A DNA stretch of 64,000 nt, taken from Polyangiales bacterium (GTDB lineage Bacteria > Myxococcota_A > Polyangia > Polyangiales > Polyangiaceae). Position numbers and translations under genes: made by a program. Positions 18,576-29,949 of the stretch are shown here, piece after piece. Positions within the stretch are counted from its first letter, which is position 1. Each line of letters starts with the position of its first letter. Under the pieces are notes generated by a model. It saw only the letters and a list, made by a program, of their open reading frames with translations, had not been told where the DNA came from and did no database searches. The stretch spans positions 352,001-416,000 of the forward strand of contig JBBRLQ010000003.1 in assembly GCA_038231275.1 (NCBI GenBank), written 5' to 3'.

Positions 18576-20117
18576 CTACAGCGTGCGCAGGAAGTTGATG
18601 AGGTCCTGCTGCTCCGACGGGCGGAGGCTCGCGAAGTTGCGAACGACTTGGTTGGCCTCCGAGGCCGGGTACGCCGGCGACCCGTCGTGCTCCCTCGACG
18701 GGCGCGAGAAGTGCGCAATGATCGCGTCGGTCAGCGTGTTCGCGCGGCCGTCATGGAGGAAGAAGAGGCGCTGGCCGACACCCCAGAGCGGTGCGGTGCG
18801 GAACTGATCGGGCCCGGCGCCGCCCTGGTTCACGTTGTCCGCGAGGTTCGCGCCCATGTGGTGGATGAGGATGTCCGAGTACGGGTGGAACGTGCGGTCG
18901 CGGAGCGTCACGCTGGCGTTGCCGAGCGCGCCGGCCTGGGTGTGCATCGTCTCGGTGTGGCAATCGGCGCAGCCGACGTCGTTGAACACGTCGTATCCGC
19001 GCTGCGCGCTCGCGTTCCGCGCGGCCGGCGTCGGCGGGGCGGTGAAGCGCATGAAGATGGCGAACATCATCCAGTCGGCCAGCTCGTCGATGGGGTTGTT
19101 GAAGTTGTCCTTCGGATCCATCGGATCGCTGCCGTCGCCGGTCAGCGTGACGTCGTTCGGGTGCGCGCCGAGACCGCAGTTGTCGTCTTCGACCTTCTGC
19201 GTCGGATTGAGCTCGTTGGTGACGCCCATCTCGACCGTGTACGCCTCGCCCGAGAACACGAAGAGCGATTTGTTCTGCGCCTTCCAGCCGAACTTGGTGA
19301 TCGTGCCGTCGTTGCCGCTGTGGTTCGCGACACCGTGGATGCCGAGCGCCGCCTTGTGGCCGGCGTTCTGCGCCGCGCGGTTCATGATCTCGCGGTCGAA
19401 CAGGCCGTCGATGAGGCCGAGGCCGAAGACCGGCGTCGGAATGCGGAAGATCAGGTTGTCGTGATCCGAGAAGTCCGGCTGCCCGAGGGTGCACGCCGGC
19501 GCGTCCGAGCGGCCGCGCGTCGAGAACTTCTGGTGGACGCCACCGTCGCGGGTGCCGTCCTGGTTGTAGATGAAGCGCACCTCGCGCGTCGGGCCGTCCG
19601 GTCTCTCGAACCAGGGGACGATGTTCGTCGCGCCCTTCATCGACGCCGCGCGGAACGACGGGTTGAGCGCCGGCGACGTGCCGCCGAATGTCGGCTGCGC
19701 GTGGCAGGTGCCCATGCACTGGATGTCGTTGTAACGGGCGCCGAGGCCCGACGAGTTCGTGAGGTCCTCCTGACCAGGCAGGCGGACCTGGCCGGCAGGG
19801 AGATCCTGGCAGCCGTTGCAGGTCGCCTCGTTCTCCGAGGCGCGGACGATGCCCTCGTTGAAGAGCGCGAGCTCGTTGGCGTTCATGCCATCGATCGGGC
19901 CGCCGGCGCCGGGAGGGCCACCGCGCACACCGGGGTCCACGACGCCGTGACCGACGCGCGGCGTGTCGTTGTAGGCGCCCTCGAGCTCGGACGCGACCGA
20001 AGCCGCCGCCGTCTTGTCGGGACCCGCAGTGTCGCTGGAGCCGCAACCCACCATCGCGGCGGCGAGAGCCCCAGAGATCGTCAGACCCAGCATCGTCGTG
20101 GCCGTCAGCTTCGACAT
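18576..20117 (-). CDS. Di-heme oxidoreductase (DHOR/thiol oxidoreductase) family lipoprotein
   Basis: GLGARYN, RIPTPVFGLGLID, KFGWKA, AYTVEMGVT, GCADCH, YSDILIHHMG, FRTAPLWG, FLHDGRA; RBS GGAGG; lipobox MVGC. Confidence 0.88.
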   Translation of the reverse strand: MSKLTATTMLGLTISGALAAAMVGCGSSDTAGPDKTAAASVASELEGAYNDTPRVGHGVVDPGVRGGPPGAGGPIDGMNANELALFNEGIVRASENEATCNGCQDLPAGQVRLPGQEDLTNSSGLGARYNDIQCMGTCHAQPTFGGTSPALNPSFRAASMKGATNIVPWFERPDGPTREVRFIYNQDGTRDGGVHQKFSTRGRSDAPACTLGQPDFSDHDNLIFRIPTPVFGLGLIDGLFDREIMNRAAQNAGHKAALGIHGVANHSGNDGTITKFGWKAQNKSLFVFSGEAYTVEMGVTNELNPTQKVEDDNCGLGAHPNDVTLTGDGSDPMDPKDNFNNPIDELADWMMFAIFMRFTAPPTPAARNASAQRGYDVFNDVGCADCHTETMHTQAGALGNASVTLRDRTFHPYSDILIHHMGANLADNVNQGGAGPDQFRTAPLWGVGQRLFFLHDGRANTLTDAIIAHFSRPSREHDGSPAYPASEANQVVRNFASLRPSEQQDLINFLRTL

Positions 20118-20159
20118 CGATTTCGCCTCCCTCAGTGCGTTCCGAGCAAGGGGGGTCAT

Positions 20160-20175
20160 TGCAGCTGTCGAGCCA
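20160..20175 (-). promoter_or_regulatory. Sigma54 promoter for the DHOR gene
   Basis: TGGCTCGACAGCTGCA (GG-N10-GC); divergent sigma54 activator adjacent. Confidence 0.6.
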
Positions 20176-20270
20176 AGGTCGACCTTAACGGCCAACCACA
20201 AGGAATCTTGAGCTAAATCTGAAAATCAGGAATCTGTGGGATGACCCGTTTTCAATACGTGGTCACGCTA

Positions 20271-20294
20271 TCTACATGAAAAGATTCACGTGGA
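20271..20294. promoter_or_regulatory. Candidate upstream activator sequence
   Basis: Imperfect inverted repeat TCTACATGAA-N4-TTCACGTGGA about 100 bp upstream of the sigma54 site, in an AT-rich spacer. Confidence 0.4.
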
Positions 20295-20442
20295 ATCCAG
20301 TACGGCCGCGTTCCTTTCTTCAAATCGAGCTAACCGTTCGATGTAAAACGACAAATCTTTGACGGTGAGGGGAGGGGCGTATTGTTTTCAATGCAACGGT
20401 TGCGCTCCCGAACGAGCTTCCGTTAGCCTGACTCGACCGGGC

Positions 20443-21879
<1,437 letters not shown>

Positions 21880-21888
21880 CGCGCTACG

Positions 21889-24258
21889 TCAGCCTCGTTC
21901 ACGCAGGACCGCGATGCCGCGCGGACCCTCGACGCAGATTCGCAACCCGGAGAAGCGCGGCAGGTACGCGAGCGGCGGCGGATCGCGGCGGCTGCCTTTG
22001 ATCATGCGCAGCATCACCTGCGAGCGTGCCACATCGTAGTCGGCCTCGTACCTCGCGTCGCCGACGTCGACGACGCGCGGGAACTCTTTGTCGAGGGCGC
22101 CTCGCGCTTCGTAGGGGACGTCGTCCGCCGTCAGATCCTTCGCGGAGAGGAGCGCGAGATCGTCGCCGCTCTCGACCCCCAGCGCGACGAGGCGCTGGCG
22201 GACCCACTCCTCGACGCTCGGCACGGGGTCGGGTGCGGCGATGCCCGCCGGGTGCCCCCGCGCGGCGAGCTGGGCGGCGAGCGCTCGGAGCGCGAGGCGG
22301 TCTCGCGTCGCACGGAGCGCGCCCTCGCCGCGGAAGAGGCTGCCGCGCAAGAACAGCTCCGCGATGGCGGCGCGCGCGACCTCACCGGTCGGCACCTCGT
22401 CGCGCGTCGCGATCACACGCTTTGCGTAGACGCGCTCGACCGTCGCCATCGCTCGGCCGGCCTCGAGGCGCACGCTGGCCAGGCGATCGTGGCCAAGGCC
22501 GGCGCGCGCGACCCACCCCAGTGGGATCGCCGCCGCGCACGTCACGAGCAAGCGCGTGGCCCTTCCCGTGCCGAACGCGCGGGCGTCGAAGAGGACCAGG
22601 GCCTCCACCTCGCGCAGGTTCCGTAGCGCACTCTCGCGCGCGAGCTCGAGCTCGGTACCGCCGTTGCTGAACGCGATGCCGCCGCCTCGGGCGCGCCCCA
22701 CGTGGACGGCGCGGGGATCGGCGGCGATCGCGGCGCGGATGAGCGCCTCGCGGTCGAACGGTCCGTCGGCGAGCGGCGCGTCGCCCACACCGAGGGATCG
22801 CCGTAGCCGCGCGCGCAGCCGCCGCGCTTCCTCCACCGCGAACGCCGACACGCGATGCGTCTCCGATCGTCCGATGCGAACGGCGCGCACGAGGGCCGTC
22901 GCGTCGCATCCGCCGCGGCGCAGATCATCGTGCGCGTCCTCCGGCGCGGGGCCCGCATGGAAGATCGGCCGGCCCACGCCGAGCGCTGCCACCAGATCGA
23001 TCGCGTCGTCGACGCATCCGACGCGCTGCGCCTCGACGAGGAGGCGCGCGTGCGGCGGATCAATCGGGAGCGCGAAGAGGCCGCGACCGCCCTCGCTCAG
23101 CGTCCCGTCCTTCGCGAGCGCTCCCCACGCCTCGAGGTCCGCGCGCGCCGCCGCGAGGGCGTACGGCTTCGGCGCGTCGAGGAGCGGCAGGTCCTCGGGA
23201 CGAGCGCCCCAGGCGGCGGCCGAGAGCACGAGCGGCACCAGGGATTCGCGATGCACCTCGGGCAGCGTGATCTTCTCGAGGCGCGCCGACGCGCTCCACA
23301 TCCGGTAACAGACCCCCGGCGCCGTTCGCCCGGCGCGTCCGGCGCGCTGCGCCGCCGAGTCCTCCGCGATCGGCGCGAGCACGAGCGACGCGCGCCCTTC
23401 GTGGTATCGGGTTTGTCGAACCAGCCCCGCGTCGATGACGACGCCGACCCCTGGGATCGTGATCGACGTCTCGGCTACGTTGGTCGCGAGGATCACCTTG
23501 CGACGGCCGGCGGGCGCAAACGCGGCGCGCTGCTCGTCGAGCGACAGTCCCCCGTGGAGCGGAACGACCACGCGCTCGTTCGCGTTCGCGTTCGCGTCGA
23601 GCGCGCGTCGGCACGCTTCGATCTCTGCCTTTCCTGGTAAGAAGACGAGCACGTCCCCGGCGTCCGCCTTGGCGGCCTCGAGGGTCCGCGCCAGGCGCGT
23701 GCCGATCTCCGCCGCGTCGGGCAGTGCGTCGCCGCGCTCGACGTACCTCACGTCGACCGGAAATGCGCGCCCCTCGCCGACCAAGTACGCCCCTCCGACG
23801 TGCCGCGCGACGCGCTCCCCTTCGATCGTCGCCGACATGACGACGAGCCCGGAGCGCTGCGCGTTCCGGAGGAGCAGCGCCAGGAGGAGATCCACGTCGA
23901 GCGTGCGCTCATGGAACTCATCGAGGATGACGGTCCGCGCGGTCTCGACGAGGGCCCGATCGCGCAGCGCGATGCCGGGCGTCGCGAAGAGGATGCGCGT
24001 CGCGTCGCACCGGGCCGAGTCGTCGCGCACGACGTACCCGACACTCTGCCCGATCGGGCTGCCTTCGAGCTCCGCGACGCGCGCAGCGAGGCTCCGGCAC
24101 GCCACGCGACGCGGCTCGATGACGAGGACCGGACCTGGGCACCAGCGCGGCACCTCCGTCGACTTTCCCGAGCCGGTCGGCGAGGACACGACCACGGGCC
24201 CGCGGGCCAGCGCGTCCAGGAAGGGAGCGCGCAGCGTCTCGATGGGCAGCGCGCGCAT
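21889..24258 (-). CDS. hrpB: HrpB-like DEAH ATP-dependent helicase
   Basis: PTGSGKST, EPRRVA, DEFHER, MSAT, ATNVAETSITIPGV, QRAGRAGR. Confidence 0.85.
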   Translation of the reverse strand: MRALPIETLRAPFLDALARGPVVVSSPTGSGKSTEVPRWCPGPVLVIEPRRVACRSLAARVAELEGSPIGQSVGYVVRDDSARCDATRILFATPGIALRDRALVETARTVILDEFHERTLDVDLLLALLLRNAQRSGLVVMSATIEGERVARHVGGAYLVGEGRAFPVDVRYVERGDALPDAAEIGTRLARTLEAAKADAGDVLVFLPGKAEIEACRRALDANANANERVVVPLHGGLSLDEQRAAFAPAGRRKVILATNVAETSITIPGVGVVIDAGLVRQTRYHEGRASLVLAPIAEDSAAQRAGRAGRTAPGVCYRMWSASARLEKITLPEVHRESLVPLVLSAAAWGARPEDLPLLDAPKPYALAAARADLEAWGALAKDGTLSEGGRGLFALPIDPPHARLLVEAQRVGCVDDAIDLVAALGVGRPIFHAGPAPEDAHDDLRRGGCDATALVRAVRIGRSETHRVSAFAVEEARRLRARLRRSLGVGDAPLADGPFDREALIRAAIAADPRAVHVGRARGGGIAFSNGGTELELARESALRNLREVEALVLFDARAFGTGRATRLLVTCAAAIPLGWVARAGLGHDRLASVRLEAGRAMATVERVYAKRVIATRDEVPTGEVARAAIAELFLRGSLFRGEGALRATRDRLALRALAAQLAARGHPAGIAAPDPVPSVEEWVRQRLVALGVESGDDLALLSAKDLTADDVPYEARGALDKEFPRVVDVGDARYEADYDVARSQVMLRMIKGSRRDPPPLAYLPRFSGLRICVEGPRGIAVLRERG

Positions 24259-24316
24259 CCCAACGCTTCTCGCACATCCGCACTCGCGCGTCGCCCGCAA
24301 AGCCGGCTCGAACGAG

Positions 24317-24332
24317 CGGCACGTGCCTTGCT
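24317..24332 (+). promoter_or_regulatory. Sigma54 promoter, 12 nt before ATG
   Basis: CGGCACGTGCCTTGCT. Confidence 0.65.
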
Positions 24333-24344
24333 GTTCGGAGGGGC

Positions 24345-24998
24345 ATGCACCCTTCCTTCATCGCGTCACTCGTACTCGCTCTCGCGATTCTTCCACGCAT
24401 CGCTGCCGCCGCGCCCGAGGGTGCGAACGCGCCGGAGGGTGGTCGCGGCGTCGATGTCATAGCCCACTCCGACGTGGGCATGCTCCTGTCCGCCGGCGGG
24501 CACCAGGCCAGCATGCTCGACGCCGGCCTCGCCGCGTTCTACCGCCCGACCCGGCGCCTCGCGTTCGGAATGACGGCGAGCCGCAGCTGGTCGTCCTACG
24601 AGAGCACCGCGATCCTCGTCATCGACGGCCGCTTCCGCGCGACGGAGGCGCCGACGATCTACCGCGGTGCGCTCGCGATCCGATACGACTACGCGATCCT
24701 CGGACCGGCGACGGCGTGGGTCGCCGGCGACCTCGGCGTCGCCTTCGCGCGCGATCGCTACACCGCGACCGATCCGGATTTCCACACACGAACGACGACG
24801 GACACGCGCGTCGCACCATGGATGGGTGCGTCGACGGGCCTCGAGCTGCGTCCGGTTCGTGTCGTGTCGATCGGCCTGCGGGTCGGCGCAGCCCACCTCG
24901 CCTTCAGCGCGCCAGCCGAGTCCGGGAGCGCGATCCCGGGGCCGGTGCAGTCGCTCTACGCCGGGCTCGCGCTCGGTGTGCATCTGCCGATCGACTGA
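24345..24998 (+). CDS. Small outer-membrane beta-barrel-like protein
   Basis: Signal peptide; alternating amphipathic strands; ends YAGLALGVHLPID. Confidence 0.65.
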   Translation: MHPSFIASLVLALAILPRIAAAAPEGANAPEGGRGVDVIAHSDVGMLLSAGGHQASMLDAGLAAFYRPTRRLAFGMTASRSWSSYESTAILVIDGRFRATEAPTIYRGALAIRYDYAILGPATAWVAGDLGVAFARDRYTATDPDFHTRTTTDTRVAPWMGASTGLELRPVRVVSIGLRVGAAHLAFSAPAESGSAIPGPVQSLYAGLALGVHLPID

Positions 24999-25050
24999 GG
25001 TCTCACCGTGGCGCTGCTTCGCAGAGCGTGACAGCATCCGACCGCTCTCC

Positions 25051-26139
25051 ATGAAGCCGCGCGCGCTCCTGATCACGATGACGTTGCTCGCCGTCGCCTG
25101 CGGGAGTCGGACATTTCTCGGGGGCGGCGTGGAGGCGGACGGATCGCCGACGGGCGCCGACGCATCCGTTGGTCACGCCGTGGACGCGTCGAGTGAGGCG
25201 GGCGCCGACGGAAGGCCATCGTCGTGTGTGGACGAGGTCATCGCGCGCGATGGGCGTGGCGCGACGGTCCTCGCCGTCGATGGCGACACGGTGTTCTGGG
25301 GAACCGTCGACGGCCGTGTGCAGCGCCACGACGCGCGCGGCAACGCGCTCCTCGCGCAGGCGACGGGGGCGATCGACGCAATCGCGTTCGACGCCGCACG
25401 CGTTTACTACGCCGTGACCGGCGAGCTCGCGTCCGTGCCGCGCGGCGGCGGAGCATCGTCCATCGTCGCGCAGAAGATCGGCTTGCCGACCGCGATCGCC
25501 GTCGATCCGCAGGCCATCTACGTGCTCGACCATGGGCAAGGCATCGCGGCGGGCCGAGTGCTTCGCGTCGAGGCCGATGGAGGGTCGAGCGTCCTCACGT
25601 CGGGCCTCGACGTGCCTAGCGGGCTCGCCGCCGATCGTGAGCACCTCTACGTCCCCGCGGCCCTCGTCTTGATCGACGGAGGCGCGGCCCTCGGCCCTCT
25701 GGTCGCGATCCCCAAGGCCGGTGGTGCGCCGTCGCTGCTCCTCCAAGGTTTGAAGCAGCCCAGCGGCATCACGACCTTCGGCGGACGCGTCTACTTCATC
25801 GAGCAAGTGGACGCTCACTCCACGCTCGACGGCGGTCTCCGCGCGATCGCGCCGTCGGGCGGGCCGGTCTCGACGATCGTGCACACGCCCGCCCTCCTTC
25901 CGATCGGGGTCAGCGTCGACGCGCAGGGAGCTGCGGTGACGGCTCTCTCGAACACGACCGGAGGCGCGCTCCTCGTGGCCGCGCTGGACGGCTCCGGCGC
26001 GCGCCAGCTCGCGTCGACGCCGGGCGTGGTCTACGCCGACGTCGCGCTCGCGGGTCCCGCCGTGTACTGGACGATCGGCTGGACGTCGTCCGCGCACGTC
26101 CCCGCCGACTCTCCGAGCGTCCGCAAAGCGTGCCGCTGA
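25051..26139 (+). CDS. Beta-propeller repeat lipoprotein
   Basis: Lipobox AVAC; repeats LAVDGDTVFW / IAFDAARVYY / IAVDPQAIYV / LAADREHLYV. Confidence 0.8.
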   Translation: MKPRALLITMTLLAVACGSRTFLGGGVEADGSPTGADASVGHAVDASSEAGADGRPSSCVDEVIARDGRGATVLAVDGDTVFWGTVDGRVQRHDARGNALLAQATGAIDAIAFDAARVYYAVTGELASVPRGGGASSIVAQKIGLPTAIAVDPQAIYVLDHGQGIAAGRVLRVEADGGSSVLTSGLDVPSGLAADREHLYVPAALVLIDGGAALGPLVAIPKAGGAPSLLLQGLKQPSGITTFGGRVYFIEQVDAHSTLDGGLRAIAPSGGPVSTIVHTPALLPIGVSVDAQGAAVTALSNTTGGALLVAALDGSGARQLASTPGVVYADVALAGPAVYWTIGWTSSAHVPADSPSVRKACR

Positions 26140-26146
26140 GTGCGCC

Positions 26147-27238
26147 TCACGGGTGGAGCACGTAACCGCCGATCACCTCGCCGCCCCACTTTGCGCGCAT
26201 CGCGGCCTTGAACTCGGTGAGCGGAAAGACGTGCGAGACGTACGGACGCAATCGCCCCTCCGCGGCCCACGCGAGCACCTGCCGCAAGCGCGGCGCACGG
26301 AGGCTCGGATCGTTGGCCGTCGCGATCGCCGTCGGGCACCCGAGCACGTCGAGCCCCTTCATCATGATCAGGTTGGTCGGCAGCACGTTCGCGTTGGGAG
26401 CGCCGCGCTGCCCCTTTCCCCGCGCGACGAACGGCGTCGACGCCCAGCCGACGACGAGGAAACGCGCACCGAAGCGCACGCACCGCAGGCTCTCGAGCGA
26501 GATCTCTCCTCCCACGCCATCGTAGACGACGTCGACGCCGCATCCGTCCGTGAGCGCCTTCACGTCGTCGCGGAACGATCCGGTGACGGGAATCACGTGA
26601 TCGGCGCCTTGCGCCTTCACGACCTCGAGCTTCGCGGGAGAACGACCGGTCGCGATCACCGTCGCGCCGACGAGCTTCGCGACCTCCACAGCCGCGAGGC
26701 CGGTGGCGCCAGACGCGCCGTGGATGAGCACGGTCTCGCCGGCCGCGAGCCGACCGCGCGTGACGAGACAGTGGTACGCGGTCTCGTAGCTCCCGAGCAG
26801 CGCCGCCGCCTGATCGAACGAGAGCGCGCCGGGGATCGCGATCGTCGCCTCGACCGGCGCGACCACGTACGACGCGAAGCCGCCCCATGGCTGGTACGCC
26901 CCGCGCGAGCGCGGCCCCGCGACGAAGCCGTCCACGATCACAGCGTCGCCGATCGCTCGCGTCGCGCGCGCCTCGTCGCCCACCCACACCACCTCGCCCG
27001 CCGATTCGATTCCCGGCGTGTACGGCGGCTTCGGCATGTGCTGGTACTGACCGCTCGTCATGAGCAAGTCGACCCACCCCACCGCCGCGCTCTTCACGGC
27101 CACGATCACGTCGCGCGGCCCGAGCGCGGACGGATCGGGCGCATCCATCGCCGCGAGCGCCATGCCGGACTCGATCGCCTCTGGCGGGCTCTCGGCGAAT
27201 TCGGAGACGGTGACGCGGTGACCCGGCGCGAGCGTCAC
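26147..27238 (-). CDS. NADPH:quinone oxidoreductase family (MDR)
   Basis: GQYQHMPKPPYTPGIE, VLIHGASGATG, VDVVYDGVGG. Confidence 0.9.
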   Translation of the reverse strand: MTLAPGHRVTVSEFAESPPEAIESGMALAAMDAPDPSALGPRDVIVAVKSAAVGWVDLLMTSGQYQHMPKPPYTPGIESAGEVVWVGDEARATRAIGDAVIVDGFVAGPRSRGAYQPWGGFASYVVAPVEATIAIPGALSFDQAAALLGSYETAYHCLVTRGRLAAGETVLIHGASGATGLAAVEVAKLVGATVIATGRSPAKLEVVKAQGADHVIPVTGSFRDDVKALTDGCGVDVVYDGVGGEISLESLRCVRFGARFLVVGWASTPFVARGKGQRGAPNANVLPTNLIMMKGLDVLGCPTAIATANDPSLRAPRLRQVLAWAAEGRLRPYVSHVFPLTEFKAAMRAKWGGEVIGGYVLHP

Positions 27239-27774
27239 GGCTCACGCGTGATCGCGTAGACGAGCATCTCGCCCGCCGCCGGATCGGTCCGCTTGCCGCT
27301 CACCTTCATGCCGACCTTCTCGAGCACGCGCGCCGACGCCTTGTGCCAGGGCGCCGACGTGGCCTGGATGGTTCGGCACTCCGGCTGCTCGAGCGCCCAC
27401 GCGACGATCGCGCCGAGGGCTTCGGTTCCGTAGCCTTTGTTTTGCGACGTCTCCTCGACGCCGTACGCGATCTCGCAGCGACCTTCGGCGTCGGGCCTGC
27501 CGCGGAAGACGACGCTCCCCACCACGCGGTGCGGCTTCTCTTTCGTCACCATGAGGCGATCGCCCCAGAGGCGCTTTCCGGGATCGGCGTGGATCGCCTC
27601 GAGCGACGCCTTGAACACCTGCTCGAGCAGCGCGCGGCCCGGCCACGCCCACGGCATCTCGGCGCCGACCAGCTCCTCGATGTCGCGCCGCCGTCGGCCG
27701 GCGAGCACGGCGTCGACGATCTCGACCGTGACCGGACGCAGCTCGAGGCGGTCGGTGAGTAGGACGGTGCTCAT
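27235..27774 (-). CDS. GNAT N-acetyltransferase (RimJ/RimL-like)
   Basis: LLTDRLELRP, CEIAYGV...QNKGYGTEAL, ASARVLEKVGM; RBS GGAGGAG. Confidence 0.88.
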   Translation of the reverse strand: MSTVLLTDRLELRPVTVEIVDAVLAGRRRRDIEELVGAEMPWAWPGRALLEQVFKASLEAIHADPGKRLWGDRLMVTKEKPHRVVGSVVFRGRPDAEGRCEIAYGVEETSQNKGYGTEALGAIVAWALEQPECRTIQATSAPWHKASARVLEKVGMKVSGKRTDPAAGEMLVYAITREP

Positions 27775-27837
27775 GTCTCCTCCGTCCCGCATTGTGAAGA
27801 AGGACGGAGGAGACGTCGAGGGCCGCCTGCGACGGAG

Positions 27838-28560
27838 TCAGGTCGGGCAGCAGTACGTGTCGGGCAGCGGCAGGCTCTGGCAACCGGTCTGCGTGGGCTC
27901 TTTGCCCTGGTTGCACGTGTAGCCCTTCGCGGGCAGCCCCATTCCTTTGCACTGTTGATCAAATGTCGATCCCCGCTGGCAATCGACCGTGGGGGCGACC
28001 CAGCTCGCGCCGTCGCTCGACAGGTTTTGGAGACAGTTGGCGTCGCACGTCACCGAGCTCCCGGAGCAGCCGGCGAACGTCTTGCGCACCGTCACGGTCG
28101 CGCTCTCGCACGCCGTCTCGCACTTGGCGAGCGCGCCGGACACGAGGCACTTGAAGAAGTCGAACGACTCACACCCGCTCTTGCAGTCGGCGAGGTGGTC
28201 TTCGGGGACGCAATACTTTCGCGCCGCGCCGCCGATCGTCTGGCAGTCGTACTGGCTCGGGCAATCGGCCGGCTGCTCGCAGGGCCGCGAGCAGAAGCCG
28301 GAGCCCCCGCGGCTCGAGCTGAAGACGCACGTGTCGGTTCCATTGGTGCAGACCGCGTCGGCGCTGCACTTGAAGCCGAACGTGCCGGGCTCGGGCGACG
28401 CCGCGCCGGAGGAGCCGCTGCTCCCCGAGCTCGAGCCGCCGTCGCCGCCGCTGGTGCCGCTGGTGCCGCTGGTGCCGCTGCTGCCTGCAGGTGGTGAAGA
28501 AGCGGACGAGCAGCCGGCCGCCAGAACGAACAAGAAGAGGAGAGTGAAAGATGTACGCAT
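27838..28560 (-). CDS. Cys-rich lipoprotein
   Basis: MRTSFTLLFLFVLAAGC lipobox, Ser/Gly linker, many Cys. Confidence 0.85.
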   Translation of the reverse strand: MRTSFTLLFLFVLAAGCSSASSPPAGSSGTSGTSGTSGGDGGSSSGSSGSSGAASPEPGTFGFKCSADAVCTNGTDTCVFSSSRGGSGFCSRPCEQPADCPSQYDCQTIGGAARKYCVPEDHLADCKSGCESFDFFKCLVSGALAKCETACESATVTVRKTFAGCSGSSVTCDANCLQNLSSDGASWVAPTVDCQRGSTFDQQCKGMGLPAKGYTCNQGKEPTQTGCQSLPLPDTYCCPT

Positions 28561-28680
28561 GGTGTGTGGCCTTGTCTGACCGCGGGCGCGATCACTCATG
28601 GACGCAGCTCGGTCGCCGACGTCACACGAAAAACTCGCGTCGCTTGACGGCGCGTGGCCCCGCGACGAGTGTGCGGCCAC

Positions 28681-29361
28681 ATGGCCACCAAAAATACGGC
28701 GACCCTCCGCGGCGCCAAGCTCATCAAGAAGACTCTGGAATCCGCGAAGCAGAGCATCCTCACGTCCCCTGAGCCTGTCGCCACCGCGAAGAAGCTGAAG
28801 CTCCCCAACGGCGATCCGATTTCCCCCGCGATGAAGGAGCTCCTGGCCTTCGACGGCGAGTGGCTCGGCATCGGCTACGACGAGGACGAGCACGAGGTCG
28901 AGGCGATGTCGCTCGAAGAGATCGTCGAGGAGCACTTCGGCGAGGATGCCGTGCCGGCGTTCGCCGAGGCATGCGAGATGTTCGGGGAGGACTGCGTCGC
29001 GTTCCAGGCCGAGGTCGCGACGCCCGCGTGCCTCTACGTCGGCACGCCCGACGACGCCGGCGAGTACCCGGTCCTCCAGCTCACGTTCCAGGACGGTGTC
29101 GCGAAGATCGGCGGCTTCGTGCCGTTCGACGTGTGGGCGGCGCAGGAGCTCGGCGGCCTCGAGCGCGGCAAAGGCATCGGCGACGTGCCCGCCGCTTACG
29201 CGGAGCTCTGTCAGCCCTTGGCGGACGCGAACGGAGACGGCCGCTTGTCCTTCACGCCGAAGGCGGGCGAGGCCGGCGGCGCGCGCGACAAAGACGACGA
29301 CGACGAAGACGAGGACGAGGACGAAGACAAGGACGAAGACGAAGAGACCGAGAGAGACTGA
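28681..29361 (+). CDS. Acidic protein, SMI1/KNR4 (SUKH)-like
   Basis: LPNGDPISPAMKELLAFDG...LYVGTPDDAGEYPV; poly-D/E tail. Confidence 0.55.
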   Translation: MATKNTATLRGAKLIKKTLESAKQSILTSPEPVATAKKLKLPNGDPISPAMKELLAFDGEWLGIGYDEDEHEVEAMSLEEIVEEHFGEDAVPAFAEACEMFGEDCVAFQAEVATPACLYVGTPDDAGEYPVLQLTFQDGVAKIGGFVPFDVWAAQELGGLERGKGIGDVPAAYAELCQPLADANGDGRLSFTPKAGEAGGARDKDDDDEDEDEDEDKDEDEETERD

Positions 29362-29427
29362 CGCGTCACACGCGCCGCACGCGTCGCACCGCCCGCACCC
29401 CCGTCAGTCGTCCGGTCACTCGCCGGG

Positions 29428-29895
29428 TCACATGCCCGTCAGGGGCAGTCGCACGATCACGGCGCGCACGATCTGGATCATGATCCCGAGGGTGAAGAGC
29501 CCTCCGAGGCTGAACGTGATCGTGCGGAACGGCTGCTTCTCGCCCAGGTAGAAGAACGTGTGCGCGATGCGCATGGCGGTGAATCCGCCGAACATGATCC
29601 ACGCCATCTTCGGCGTCGCCCCGAGGAGCACGTAGACGAAGGCGACAAACAGGAACGGGACGATGTTGTCCGTTGCGTTGCGGTGCGCGCGGAGGACACG
29701 CGCGACCTCGGGCGGCGTCTCTGCGCTGACCGCGGCCCCCTTCGCGACGGTGCCCGCGTCTTCCTTGTTCGGCGTCGTCTTGGTCTTCGACCGAACCGCG
29801 CCGCTGTACGCCCAGAGCAGCAGCATGTTGAGCGACAGGGCCACGACGGCCAGGCAGTAGATCAGGAACGACGGATTGGTGACGAAATCGCTCAC
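29428..29895 (-). CDS. MAPEG family (microsomal GST1-like)
   Basis: PNKED, VARVLRAHRNATDNIVPF, RIAHTFFY; 4 TM helices. Confidence 0.9.
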   Translation of the reverse strand: MSDFVTNPSFLIYCLAVVALSLNMLLLWAYSGAVRSKTKTTPNKEDAGTVAKGAAVSAETPPEVARVLRAHRNATDNIVPFLFVAFVYVLLGATPKMAWIMFGGFTAMRIAHTFFYLGEKQPFRTITFSLGGLFTLGIMIQIVRAVIVRLPLTGM

Positions 29896-29949
29896 GAGGA
29901 CGCTCCCCCTGTTTGGTGAGGGGAGCGTACTCGCGGACCGTGACCTCGC

